64,000 bases of DNA from positions 32,986 to 96,985 of the forward strand of contig JBDKUN010000055.1 in the NCBI GenBank assembly GCA_039679675.1. The letters are read 5' to 3'. The stretch comes from Armatimonadota bacterium. Lineage in GTDB: Bacteria; Armatimonadota; UBA5829; DTLH01. The notes beneath the pieces were generated by a model. That model saw only the letters and a program-made list of their open reading frames with translations. It did not search any database and had not been told where the DNA came from. The translations under genes and the position numbers were made by a program. This document shows, piece after piece, positions 39,696 to 49,097 of this stretch (its first letter is position 1; each line of letters begins with the position of its first letter).

Positions 39696-42620
39696 TTATT
39701 CAAGAACAAGAAGCCAGCCCTTGCCCGGTTCGACATTGATCGTCGAGTCTGGGTCCCACTCTCTTCTATCCTGAAAATCCTCAATCGGCGGGGCATAAAC
39801 TCTAGCCTTTGACGGGTCCAGACCGAGTGCCTGCCAGTCTACTTCAAGTATAATATCCACCGGCTCACTTGCCCAGCTTGCAATCGAGACCAGAGTCTTG
39901 TCTTTCTTTATATATACTGTAGCAAGGACATTCTTATGCGCCGTCTTTACCGGGCAGGCCGGGTCCCAGTAACCGATCATCTTCGCGTCTTTGATTCCGA
40001 ACTCGTCCCAAAAGCTGAGCATTGGTTCGTAAGTTCGGCTTTGGCGGCCAGTCATCCCGTACACCATACCTCTGTAAGCGTTGCCGCCGTTCTCGTATTC
40101 CAGCATTTCGCTTGTCAGCCCGAATGGGATCCCTGATATTTCGACAAACCAGTAATCAGGCGACTTATCATAATCATACCCCTCGCCGATCCAGAGGTCG
40201 CTGAAATAGGGCAGATGCTCCATATACTGGTTCAGCGGGCTTACCCTGGAATCCAGATAGTCATAGTTGTTGCCTGAGTGGAACTTCACGAGCGAGTCCG
40301 GCCGCGTGCGGAGCATGACTTTGCGGATGCGCTTCATTATTTCGCGGTCATAGCCGATGCCGTCCAAATACAAGCCGTCGATGCCTGTGTTTTCCATCAG
40401 CCAGCGCATTCCCTCAATATAATAGTTGTGCCAGCGGGAAAGCCCTGTTGTTCCGATAGCAGCGTCGAATGTGCTGTCCCAGAGCGGTTGAAGCCATGCC
40501 GGGGCGTACCCGCTGATTAAGTGCTCCTGAAGCCAGGAGTACCCTGTGCCAGCAGTGCTCGCAAACGCACCTTTATCGGTATAAGAGACCGCTTCGTTTT
40601 CTGCGAATATCTCACTTCCGAGGCTGCGGAGCGCCCACAACTCCGTCGCGCGGTTACTTAACTCGCGTACTGTATAGTAAAGCGTTACTTTTTGGCCTGC
40701 ATCATGTATCTTTTGGACACATGTCTTCAATCTGTCAGCTTCAATAAACGGATAGTTGATATACGGGTTCTCGCGTATTCCATGGTGTATATGCGCGATG
40801 TTTGTGTATTCGCCGGGCTCGGCAACACCCATCTGGTCGTAACGCCAGTCCCAGTGTTCAGCGCCGATTGGCATGAACGGCGTGATAAGCAGCCGGAACC
40901 GGAACTGGAGATCATCACCGGCCTTAAGAGTGCGCTCACCGGAGTAGATGCGCAGAACCGTCCGATCATCCTCTTTTTTGACGATCGCTCCGCCTTTACC
41001 GCCGTTGCCCCAGGACTCAGGGACGCCGGACTCTTTGAGGTTGAATATCTCCCAGGTATCTTCTGTGTCCTTGAGCTTGCACTGGAGCCCTGCATTGAAG
41101 TCACCGAGCCAGACCATGTTGTCCGAACGATCTATATTCCAGGCCCACTGCCACTCATCAGGGCAATATCCGCCTTCGCGGCTGAACCCCATCATATATT
41201 TGGCGACATCTTTGACAAATGGTATTTCCAGCCGTATATCACCTATATATGCAGTAGAATTTGCCTTCAATGCTATATTGAGTGTGACGCAGCCGTCGAA
41301 CTCGGTCGTAGACCAGCATTTGCCTGAAAATGGCCCTCCTTCGAAGGTCGATAATCTCACCACGGTACCAGGTGATTCTTTTAGAACATGCGTTTCGCCG
41401 CGTTTCCATGAGACCTGGTCATCTTCCGTCTCGACAACACAGCTCATAGGCTGCTGAAGTATCTCTCGCCCGTTACTTCTAATGCTCTCCGGCAGTCCTA
41501 TTTCGCCAAAAGTAAGTTCACGGCAGAGGAGGCTGACTGAATTTCCATTGACCTTCAGCGGAGTATAGGGCGGAATCACATCGTCATCTATCGCAATAGT
41601 GGAGTCAAGCCACCTCAGCCTGGAATGCCGCCACGGTTCGCTGTCGCCACGGTCTTCCAACACATCGCCGCCGACAGCAATCCGTATTTTTATCTCTGCA
41701 GGCTCCAACCCATCGGGAAGAAGAGTCAATTTGCCTGTGTAGGCGCCTTTCGCGTTTCTTGGAATATCTACTCCTATCCACAACGCACCGACTATGCCTT
41801 TGTTAACATTGAAGTTCTTCTCGAACGGCCTTCCGAGCCAGTCTGTCCCGCCCAGATTGAAGCATCGGAGAGCGGATGCGGGAATAACCTTGCCGTCAGA
41901 CGTTTTCAAGTCGCCGAAGCGTATGGAAAGGTTGGATATTTCCTCTCGCGCGGCAAATAGGCCGATCTGGAAAGCGTAAAACTCGTTGGGTTGAGCATCT
42001 CCCGTGAATTCACTGCTGTGGCCGTTCTTAATCCAGTTCGTCGGGAGCTGGTCGAACATCCGAATCGGGTTCATTCGGTCCTCAGGGAAGATCAGATAGG
42101 GCAGACCAGCGTGTTTTGCAACAAGTTCATTGACTTCGTCTGCAGTCGCGGCCACTTCCATTGGGTCGAACCTGTGGAACTCGCTTCTCGCCTGTATTTC
42201 GATAAGTTCGACCTGTGGGAGTGAGTTTTGTTTCGCAATGACGCTCTGAAGCCACGCCGGGTCTGTAGTATCATCAGGTTCGGGATAAATGCCTGAGTCT
42301 CCTACGTTGGACTTCGGCGGGATATAAGGTATGTAGTATATCTCGTATGTTCCGGGAACAGTGGCGGGCTGAAACGCTATCTCACCGAAGTCACGGTTGA
42401 TGTCCAAACGCGCCACATTCGTTATGCGTTCTCTGGTAGCTGAGTCAAAAACCCAAATCGCCTTTTTAGCTGCGTCATCTCTTCGCCGCCAGGGAATATT
42501 TGCTCTGACAGCATGCGCTTTTTCGCTCACCTGCACCAGCGCACGGTGATTTCCCCGCTCTTCCGGCCAGGATGCAACCCCATACTTCGCTTCCGGCATG
42601 TTTGTAGCCCCGTTTGACAT
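39696..42620 (-). CDS. DUF6067-family putative glycoside hydrolase
   Basis: GNHRA, IPWRRRD, SRLRWLDS, NPYINYPF, YYTVRELSN, DGLYLD; GGGAG RBS. Confidence 0.7.
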   Translation of the reverse strand: MSNGATNMPEAKYGVASWPEERGNHRALVQVSEKAHAVRANIPWRRRDDAAKKAIWVFDSATRERITNVARLDINRDFGEIAFQPATVPGTYEIYYIPYIPPKSNVGDSGIYPEPDDTTDPAWLQSVIAKQNSLPQVELIEIQARSEFHRFDPMEVAATADEVNELVAKHAGLPYLIFPEDRMNPIRMFDQLPTNWIKNGHSSEFTGDAQPNEFYAFQIGLFAAREEISNLSIRFGDLKTSDGKVIPASALRCFNLGGTDWLGRPFEKNFNVNKGIVGALWIGVDIPRNAKGAYTGKLTLLPDGLEPAEIKIRIAVGGDVLEDRGDSEPWRHSRLRWLDSTIAIDDDVIPPYTPLKVNGNSVSLLCRELTFGEIGLPESIRSNGREILQQPMSCVVETEDDQVSWKRGETHVLKESPGTVVRLSTFEGGPFSGKCWSTTEFDGCVTLNIALKANSTAYIGDIRLEIPFVKDVAKYMMGFSREGGYCPDEWQWAWNIDRSDNMVWLGDFNAGLQCKLKDTEDTWEIFNLKESGVPESWGNGGKGGAIVKKEDDRTVLRIYSGERTLKAGDDLQFRFRLLITPFMPIGAEHWDWRYDQMGVAEPGEYTNIAHIHHGIRENPYINYPFIEADRLKTCVQKIHDAGQKVTLYYTVRELSNRATELWALRSLGSEIFAENEAVSYTDKGAFASTAGTGYSWLQEHLISGYAPAWLQPLWDSTFDAAIGTTGLSRWHNYYIEGMRWLMENTGIDGLYLDGIGYDREIMKRIRKVMLRTRPDSLVKFHSGNNYDYLDSRVSPLNQYMEHLPYFSDLWIGEGYDYDKSPDYWFVEISGIPFGLTSEMLEYENGGNAYRGMVYGMTGRQSRTYEPMLSFWDEFGIKDAKMIGYWDPACPVKTAHKNVLATVYIKKDKTLVSIASWASEPVDIILEVDWQALGLDPSKARVYAPPIEDFQDRREWDPDSTINVEPGKGWLLVLE

Positions 42621-42769
42621 GATTTTTGCTCCCAAGTCATTTCGATGGACGTAAAACCGATCGTATTTTTCCGGAATCCAGAATAACATTTTGCACCCAT
42701 GCAGGCAAGCACTTCTTGCCTGAGAACCCTATCAAAAAAAAGACAAAAATCCGCTTGGATATGCCTGCG

Positions 42770-42785
42770 TGGCACGGATTGTGCA
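42770..42785 (+). promoter_or_regulatory. Putative sigma54 (-24/-12) promoter
   Basis: TGGCACGGATTGTGCA with correctly spaced GG and GC, upstream of a PEP-CTERM gene. Confidence 0.6.
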
Positions 42786-42829
42786 AGCAAAACTGTGCAA
42801 GAAAGTACTACTATGAAAGGAGGGAAAGT

Positions 42830-43537
42830 ATGCGGCCCATTAAGTATCTTTTGCTGTCAGTATTGGTTTTGGCTGCCGTTGCTTCTGCTGCGTTCTCACA
42901 GGTAACAGACTCGGGTATTCTCAGCGAGGATGTTTCTTTCTGGCTGAATGACGGTGCAGTATGGTTCAACCCGTCGTCATCAGTACTTAATGCGAATACG
43001 GATAAACTGGTGCTCAAAGTCCAGCAGACTGTTTACAACAATGAGTTGACGCGGCAGATAACCGGGCTAAATACGACAGGTTATTTATATTCGTACCTTA
43101 TAACCAATTTAGATTATAAGCCTGTCGAGAATGAAGGCCTGAAAATGTTTGGTGTTGGATGGGATGTAGCACCGCTCGATGTTATGGTCTCAAGGCAAAA
43201 TATCAAGGCCATAAAAGACACAAGCGGAGCATATATAAGCTCCGGTTGGGTTGCTGCAGTTGACGGCACCAATCCCGTAATATACTGGCAGAATGCTGCT
43301 GACAGTAATGATCCGGGGCTTATGCCTGCTGAAAGCGTCAATATGTGGGCGATTTCAGCGACTGGTAATGATTGTGTGGTTTCTGCTGTCGCAGCGGGTA
43401 CACCCTCGCCGGACTCGCAGTATCAATATCTCAGGGGTCAGACCACTGGTCCCGAAACTCCTGAGCCAGGAGCACTTCTGGCGCTTAGTTCCGCACTTGT
43501 TGGAACCGTCGGCCTGGTTCTTCGAAGAAAACATTGA
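42830..43537 (+). CDS. PEP-CTERM sorting domain protein
   Basis: AGGAGG RBS; signal peptide; C-terminal TPEPG + hydrophobic helix + RRKH. Confidence 0.9.
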   Translation: MRPIKYLLLSVLVLAAVASAAFSQVTDSGILSEDVSFWLNDGAVWFNPSSSVLNANTDKLVLKVQQTVYNNELTRQITGLNTTGYLYSYLITNLDYKPVENEGLKMFGVGWDVAPLDVMVSRQNIKAIKDTSGAYISSGWVAAVDGTNPVIYWQNAADSNDPGLMPAESVNMWAISATGNDCVVSAVAAGTPSPDSQYQYLRGQTTGPETPEPGALLALSSALVGTVGLVLRRKH

Positions 43538-43545
43538 TTCTCCCC

Positions 43546-43579
43546 GGTCAGGGAATGGAACCAAATCCGTTCCCTGACC
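43546..43579 (+). terminator. Hairpin after PEP-CTERM gene
   Basis: GGTCAGGGAATGGA...TCCGTTCCCTGACC; no clear U-tract. Confidence 0.55.
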
Positions 43580-43718
43580 CGACCTCTGAAAACTCTCATC
43601 CCACTTGCACCAAGCGCGTATTCCTGTTATCCTAAGGGCAAGCATGGAGTGTCAGCGCCAGCCATTTCGTTCCGGCACGCAAGTAGATGTCGGGAAATGG
43701 TCGAGTGATGACTACTCT

Positions 43719-43747
43719 TTGCCAAAATGAGCAGTATATGGTATACT
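43719..43747 (+). promoter_or_regulatory. Promoter of ilvE-mcsA-mcsB
   Basis: TTGCCA-N17-TATACT with TG extension. Confidence 0.6.
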
Positions 43748-43772
43748 GTGAAAGCTTTATGGAGAGCAAGTG

Positions 43773-44636
43773 ATGGAGCCAGTAGTCTATCTCAACGGTA
43801 ATCTCGTCCCTACCAGTGAAGCCGTTATCTCGGTCAGTGATCACGGCTATTTGTATGGAGACGGAGTGTTTGAAGGTATTCGTGCTTATAGCCGGAGAGT
43901 CTTCAAGCTGAAAGAGCATGTCGCTCGACTTTATAATGGGACAAAGACACTCGGAATTGAGATGCCTATGTCTCAGGAGGAGTTCATCCAGTGCGTTAAC
44001 AATCTCGTTAAGGTAAACGATGTTGTGGACGGATACCTCAGGGTCAATGTTTCGAGGGGAAACGGCCTCGGGCTTAATCCTGCTGTCTGCAAAACGCCAA
44101 ACGTGCTGGTCATGACGAGCCAACTGGCCCTTTATCCCGAAGAGATGTATGAAAACGGCCTCAAGGTGATTACTTGCTCGACCAGAGTCCCGTCACCCAT
44201 GGCCATAGAGGCGCGGGTGAAATCGACGGGCAAGTACGTTTGTAATATCCAGGCAAAGCTGGAAGCCAACCGCCAGGGTGCGGGCGAAGGCCTTATGCTG
44301 AATATGCAGGGCTATGTAGCCGAATGCACCGGCGATAATATTTTCATTGTCAAAGACAAAAAGATCTACACGCCGCTTCCGGCAGCCGGAATCCTTGAAG
44401 GTGTTACCCGAAATACCGTTATGGACCTGGCGCGGGAGGATGGTTACGAGGTTGTAGAAGCCTGGTTGACTCTCTTTGACATATATTCTGCCGATGAGTG
44501 TTTCCTTACGGGAACAGCCGCCGAGGTCATCCCCGTAGTAAATGTAGACGGCAGGCAGATCGGGACCGGCAAACCGGGCGGTACAACCGTCAAGTTGACC
44601 CGCGCTTATCGCACCTTTGTTCGGAAGGAAGGCTAG
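43773..44636 (+). CDS. ilvE: Branched-chain amino acid aminotransferase (class IV)
   Basis: DHGYLYGDGVFEGIRAY, AECTGDNIF, ILEGVTR, ADECFLTGTAAEV. Confidence 0.93.
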   Translation: MEPVVYLNGNLVPTSEAVISVSDHGYLYGDGVFEGIRAYSRRVFKLKEHVARLYNGTKTLGIEMPMSQEEFIQCVNNLVKVNDVVDGYLRVNVSRGNGLGLNPAVCKTPNVLVMTSQLALYPEEMYENGLKVITCSTRVPSPMAIEARVKSTGKYVCNIQAKLEANRQGAGEGLMLNMQGYVAECTGDNIFIVKDKKIYTPLPAAGILEGVTRNTVMDLAREDGYEVVEAWLTLFDIYSADECFLTGTAAEVIPVVNVDGRQIGTGKPGGTTVKLTRAYRTFVRKEG

Positions 44637-44641
44637 CCGGT

Positions 44642-45019
44642 GTGACCGGAGACGAACCGATTTGTCAAATTTGCAGGGCCAAAAAAGCGGCCGTCAGCTT
44701 TAGTTGCTGGCGGTCGGGCCATTTTCTAGACCGAACGTTTGTGTGCTTGGAATGCGCTCCTGCATATGAGAAACTCTATTTCGACGGTCCTGGAAGATTG
44801 GCAGGTCTGGTAGCAGGAGCATCGATAAACAGAGCTCGCGCCGCCGGGATCGACCCGGATATCGGTTGTCCTGGCTGTGGCACTACTTTGGCGGAAGTGT
44901 TGACTAATGCTGCAGTAGGCTGTGAGATGTGTTATGAGCGATTCTCTTCCGACCTCGCTTCAGCCATAGAGGCGATACAGGGCTGGAGGGCTCACGTCGG
45001 AAAGTTACCGATTGGGTAA
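44642..45019 (+). CDS. mcsA: McsA-like zinc-finger protein (short)
   Basis: CQIC, CLECA, CPGCG, GCEMCY..F, HVGK.P; directly upstream of mcsB. GTG start inferred. Confidence 0.75.
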   Translation: MTGDEPICQICRAKKAAVSFSCWRSGHFLDRTFVCLECAPAYEKLYFDGPGRLAGLVAGASINRARAAGIDPDIGCPGCGTTLAEVLTNAAVGCEMCYERFSSDLASAIEAIQGWRAHVGKLPIG

Positions 45020-45024
45020 GAGGA

Positions 45025-46068
45025 ATGTGGAGAGATATACTGCCCGCATGGACTAAGGCGGACGGGCCGGAATCGGATATTGTCGTTTCGACAAGGGCCA
45101 GACTGGCCAGGAACCTTTCCGGTATCCCGTTTCCGGGCCGTGCGGGGACTGAGGACCTTGAAAATGTTGCCGAATTGGCAGAAAAAGCCATAGATCGGTT
45201 GAAATTGCGGTGGCCGGATCTGCGCATGGTGGATGTTGCGCGGATCGATGAAGAAGAGCGTAACTTTCTGGTGGATGCGCATCTTGCGAGCCCTCAGCAG
45301 GTCAGACCGAGAAGTGGTGGAATTGTATTCCTTGAGCCGGGCGGCAGGATTGCCATAATGGTAAATGAGGAGGATCACTTTCGAGTCCAGACGATTCTCC
45401 CCGGCCTTCAGCCACTCCCGGCTTGGAGACTGGTCGACGAGATCGACGATGAGCTTGCGAAAGAGCTGAAATTCGCTTACTCGAACAAGCTGGGTTATCT
45501 TACGGCGAGTCTCTCTAACTTGGGGACAGGGCTCAGACTCTCGGCCATGATGCACCTTGCGGGGCTTGCGATGACCGGAAGGCTGGCGAGTACGCTTAAA
45601 GCAGCAATCGATCTGGGAGTTTCCGTAAGGGGACTTTTCGGTGAGGGTTCGAAGGGTTTTGGAGATTTTTATCAGGTTTCGAACGAAGTGACTCTCGGAG
45701 CACCGGAAAGAGAGCTTGCCGAGCGAGTCCGCGGAGTTTCCGTTCATCTTTTGGCTGAAGAACGCAATGCGAGAGAGGTAATCCTCTCTCTGGGGCGGAT
45801 GAAGCTTGTTATGGCTGCAAGACAGAGTCTGGCGAGGCTTAGAAATGCCGAAGTCATAACAGCGGGCGAAGCGCTCAGGCTCCTGTCTCCGATCAGGCTT
45901 GCCGGAGCACTGGATTGCGTTGACGGATGCTCTGCTAAAGAGCTGAATGAGCTATTGGTTGCAATGAGGGTCATGCATGTCGAGGACGGTTCCAGATACT
46001 CCTCGATTGCGGTCGATAGAAAAAGAGCAGTCTTAATAAGAAGAAGGATAAGAGGAATACAGTTATAA
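45025..46068 (+). CDS. mcsB: Protein arginine kinase McsB (ATP:guanido phosphotransferase)
   Basis: STRARLARN, MVNEEDH, NLGTGLR.S.MMHL, VRGLFGEGS, YQVSN.VTLG. Confidence 0.88.
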   Translation: MWRDILPAWTKADGPESDIVVSTRARLARNLSGIPFPGRAGTEDLENVAELAEKAIDRLKLRWPDLRMVDVARIDEEERNFLVDAHLASPQQVRPRSGGIVFLEPGGRIAIMVNEEDHFRVQTILPGLQPLPAWRLVDEIDDELAKELKFAYSNKLGYLTASLSNLGTGLRLSAMMHLAGLAMTGRLASTLKAAIDLGVSVRGLFGEGSKGFGDFYQVSNEVTLGAPERELAERVRGVSVHLLAEERNAREVILSLGRMKLVMAARQSLARLRNAEVITAGEALRLLSPIRLAGALDCVDGCSAKELNELLVAMRVMHVEDGSRYSSIAVDRKRAVLIRRRIRGIQL

Positions 46069-46325
46069 ATCGTCCCGATGTGGAAGGATAATCTGTAAAC
46101 CTGTGTTTGCTTTTAGATTTCAGAATTCACACTTTTCTTTGGCTGAACCTAATGGATAGATGGAAAGTCTAGTATAATAGCGGTGAAGTTTTAAAGAAAA
46201 ACTGTGGGGTGGGGGTTGGCCCCGATAACTATAGAACTACCCGGAATATGATGTTCCGGCAATCCCTGGCTTATATTATTCGTCTAGCGAATAATACAGG
46301 CTAAGCAAAGGAGGGAAAACGATAA

Positions 46326-48809
46326 ATGTGGCAGAGGTTCACTGAGCGAGCCAGGAGAGTGGTCTTCTTTGCTCAGGAAGAGGCCGGCAGATTGGGCGAG
46401 AATTATGTCTCGACCGAGCATCTGCTCCTCGGGCTGGTCAGAGAAAACGACAGTGTGGCAGCACGAATCCTCGACCGCATGGGCGTGAGCTTGAGCAGAG
46501 TCAAGTCCGAGATAGAGCGGCAGGTCTCCAGGGGAGACGGCAGACTCGGGCAGGACATGCAACTGACACCCCGCGCGAAACGAGTCATTGACCTCGCCTA
46601 TGATGAGGCGAGACAACTAAATAATAACTACATAGGAACCGAGCACCTGCTCCTGGGGCTCATCCGTGAGGCAGAAGGACTTGCCGGCAGGGTTTTATCA
46701 AAGCTGGGAGTCGATCTCGAACGGACACGGCGTGAAGTCATGAGCCTGCAGGATGGTGGTGATGCGTCCATCACACCGGCAGCCGGCGGCAGCACCCGTA
46801 CCAGGTCGCGCACGCCTACTCTTGATGAGTTTGGCCGTGATTTGACGGAGCTTGCCAGAAACGAGAAGCTGGACCCATGCATCGGACGTAACAGCGAGAT
46901 CGAGCGTGTGATTCAGATCCTGTCCAGACGCACAAAGAACAATCCTGCCCTTATCGGCGAGCCTGGTGTTGGTAAAACGGCCATAGCCGAAGGACTTGCA
47001 CAGCGGATAGTCGCCGGTGACACGCCGGAAATGCTGAAAGACAAGCGAATCGTTGCCCTTGATCTTGCGGGATTGGTCGCCGGAACCAAATACCGGGGCG
47101 AGTTCGAAGAGCGCATGAAACGGGTCATGGAAGAGGTCCGAAAAGCTTCTGGTGAAGTGATCCTGTTCATCGACGAGCTCCACACTCTGGTCGGAGCCGG
47201 AGCGGCTGAAGGCGCAATCGACGCGTCCAACATAATGAAGCCTGCGCTTGCCAGAGGCGAACTCCAGTGCATCGGCGCGACAACGATGGACGAGTTCAGA
47301 AAGTACATCGAACGCGACGCTGCTCTTGAGAGACGGTTCCAGCCCGTTCAGGTCCGGGAGCCTTCCATCGAGGAGGCTATCGAGATTCTTAAGGGGCTTA
47401 GAGACAGGTATGAGTCTCACCACGGCGTTGAAATTGGAGACGATGCTGTGGTAGCGGCTGTCAGACTTGCAGACAGGTATATCACGGATAGATCGCTTCC
47501 TGATAAAGCCATCGACCTTATCGATGAAGCGGCATCGAGAGTCAGACTTCAGCTTTCGCTTCCTCCGCAGGATCTGAGGAAGGCCAAGCAGGAGCTTGCC
47601 AAAGTGACCAAGGAACTGCATGCAGTTCCGGCGAACGAGCAGTATGATCAAGGGCTTGAGCTGCAGAACCGCCAGAAGGAACTGAAGCAGCAGATAGAGA
47701 CACTCGAACAGGAGTGGCAGGAGAGCAAGGCGAACCTGCCGAACGTAGTTACAGAAGACGAGATCGCTCAGATCGTCTACAGTTGGACCGGAATTCCGGT
47801 CTCCAGACTGGTCGAAGGCGAGACCGCAAAGCTCCTCAAGATGGAGGATGCGCTGCATGCGAGACTTATCGGGCAGCATGACGCGGTAGTCGCGGTATCA
47901 AAGGCTGTAAGGCGTGCAAGATCAGGACTGAAAGACCCGAAGAGACCGATGGGTTCGTTCATCTTCCTCGGTCCGACCGGCGTAGGAAAGACGGAGCTTG
48001 CAAGGGCGCTTGCCGCGTTCCTGTTTGAGAACGAAGACAACCTTATCAGAATCGACATGTCCGAGTACATGGAGCGGTTCGCGGTCTCCAGGCTAGTCGG
48101 TGCTCCTCCCGGATACGTCGGGTACGATGAGGGAGGACAGCTCACCGAAGCGGTGAGACGCCAGCCTTATTCCGTAGTACTTTTGGACGAGATCGAGAAG
48201 GCGCATCCTGAGGTCTTCAACATCCTTCTCCAGGTCATGGAGGACGGACGGTTGACGGACTCCCAGGGCCGGATCGTCGACTTCAAGAACACGGTCATCA
48301 TCATGACGTCGAATATCGGCGCGCAGTCCATAGCCGGGGGCACGGAAATAGGATTCCGTCCGGCAATGAAGGCTGATGAGAGTGAACGTGCTTACGAGAG
48401 TATGAAAAACAGGGTCATGGACGAGATGAAGCGGGTGTTCAGACCTGAGTTCATGAACAGGGTTGACGAAGTAATCGTCTTCCACTCGCTCATGCACGAC
48501 GAGATCCTGCAGATTGTCGACCTGATGCTCTCAAGGGTAAGAGCCCAGCTCGTAACGCAGGGCATGGACCTTGAGGTAAGCCAGGACGTGAAGAAACTGC
48601 TTTCGGACGAAGGTTTCGACCCTCAGTTCGGTGCAAGACCGCTCAGAAGAGCAGTCCAGCGGATGATCGAAGACCCACTTTCCGAAGAGATACTACTTGG
48701 CAGGTTCAGTGCCGGCGACACGATTCGCGCGGTGCTGGAGGACGGAAAGGTCTTCTTTACGAAGGCCGAGTCCCAGACAGAGAAACCAGAACCGGCTGCT
48801 GCCGGTTAA
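46326..48809 (+). CDS. clpC: ATP-dependent Clp protease ATP-binding subunit ClpC
   Basis: Double Clp-N repeats, [19 protein letters not shown]-like middle domain, IGF loop. Confidence 0.96.
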   Translation: MWQRFTERARRVVFFAQEEAGRLGENYVSTEHLLLGLVRENDSVAARILDRMGVSLSRVKSEIERQVSRGDGRLGQDMQLTPRAKRVIDLAYDEARQLNNNYIGTEHLLLGLIREAEGLAGRVLSKLGVDLERTRREVMSLQDGGDASITPAAGGSTRTRSRTPTLDEFGRDLTELARNEKLDPCIGRNSEIERVIQILSRRTKNNPALIGEPGVGKTAIAEGLAQRIVAGDTPEMLKDKRIVALDLAGLVAGTKYRGEFEERMKRVMEEVRKASGEVILFIDELHTLVGAGAAEGAIDASNIMKPALARGELQCIGATTMDEFRKYIERDAALERRFQPVQVREPSIEEAIEILKGLRDRYESHHGVEIGDDAVVAAVRLADRYITDRSLPDKAIDLIDEAASRVRLQLSLPPQDLRKAKQELAKVTKELHAVPANEQYDQGLELQNRQKELKQQIETLEQEWQESKANLPNVVTEDEIAQIVYSWTGIPVSRLVEGETAKLLKMEDALHARLIGQHDAVVAVSKAVRRARSGLKDPKRPMGSFIFLGPTGVGKTELARALAAFLFENEDNLIRIDMSEYMERFAVSRLVGAPPGYVGYDEGGQLTEAVRRQPYSVVLLDEIEKAHPEVFNILLQVMEDGRLTDSQGRIVDFKNTVIIMTSNIGAQSIAGGTEIGFRPAMKADESERAYESMKNRVMDEMKRVFRPEFMNRVDEVIVFHSLMHDEILQIVDLMLSRVRAQLVTQGMDLEVSQDVKKLLSDEGFDPQFGARPLRRAVQRMIEDPLSEEILLGRFSAGDTIRAVLEDGKVFFTKAESQTEKPEPAAAG

Positions 48810-48830
48810 TCAATACTGATTAAGACGAAA

Positions 48831-48866
48831 AATCCCCCGGTTGGAAATATCCGCCGGGGGATTATT
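48831..48866 (+). terminator. Terminator after clpC
   Basis: AATCCCCCGG...CCGGGGGATT. Confidence 0.7.
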
Positions 48867-49097
48867 GTATCTGGTGTCTTTCATAAATCCTAAATCCTTC
48901 CCCGCTTATAACTTTCCTGCTATTTTTTACTACAAGCAGCTTTAAAGTTTCATGATATAATGCATAGTGGTGTAACATGGAATTATACAATCGTAAGAAC
49001 ACATCCGCTATCGTGTGGATCAAGCGTATTGTTCCGTGAGGGATGCAGATCAGCAGCCGGAGAGCTGCATTCTGAACCAGGAGAAGGAGTAGTATCA

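Noticed and set aside
46698..47879. Long antisense ORFs (393 aa opposite clpC; also 16184-17236 and 34477-35286)
   Set aside because: Shadow frames of well-conserved genes, with no protein motifs or RBS.
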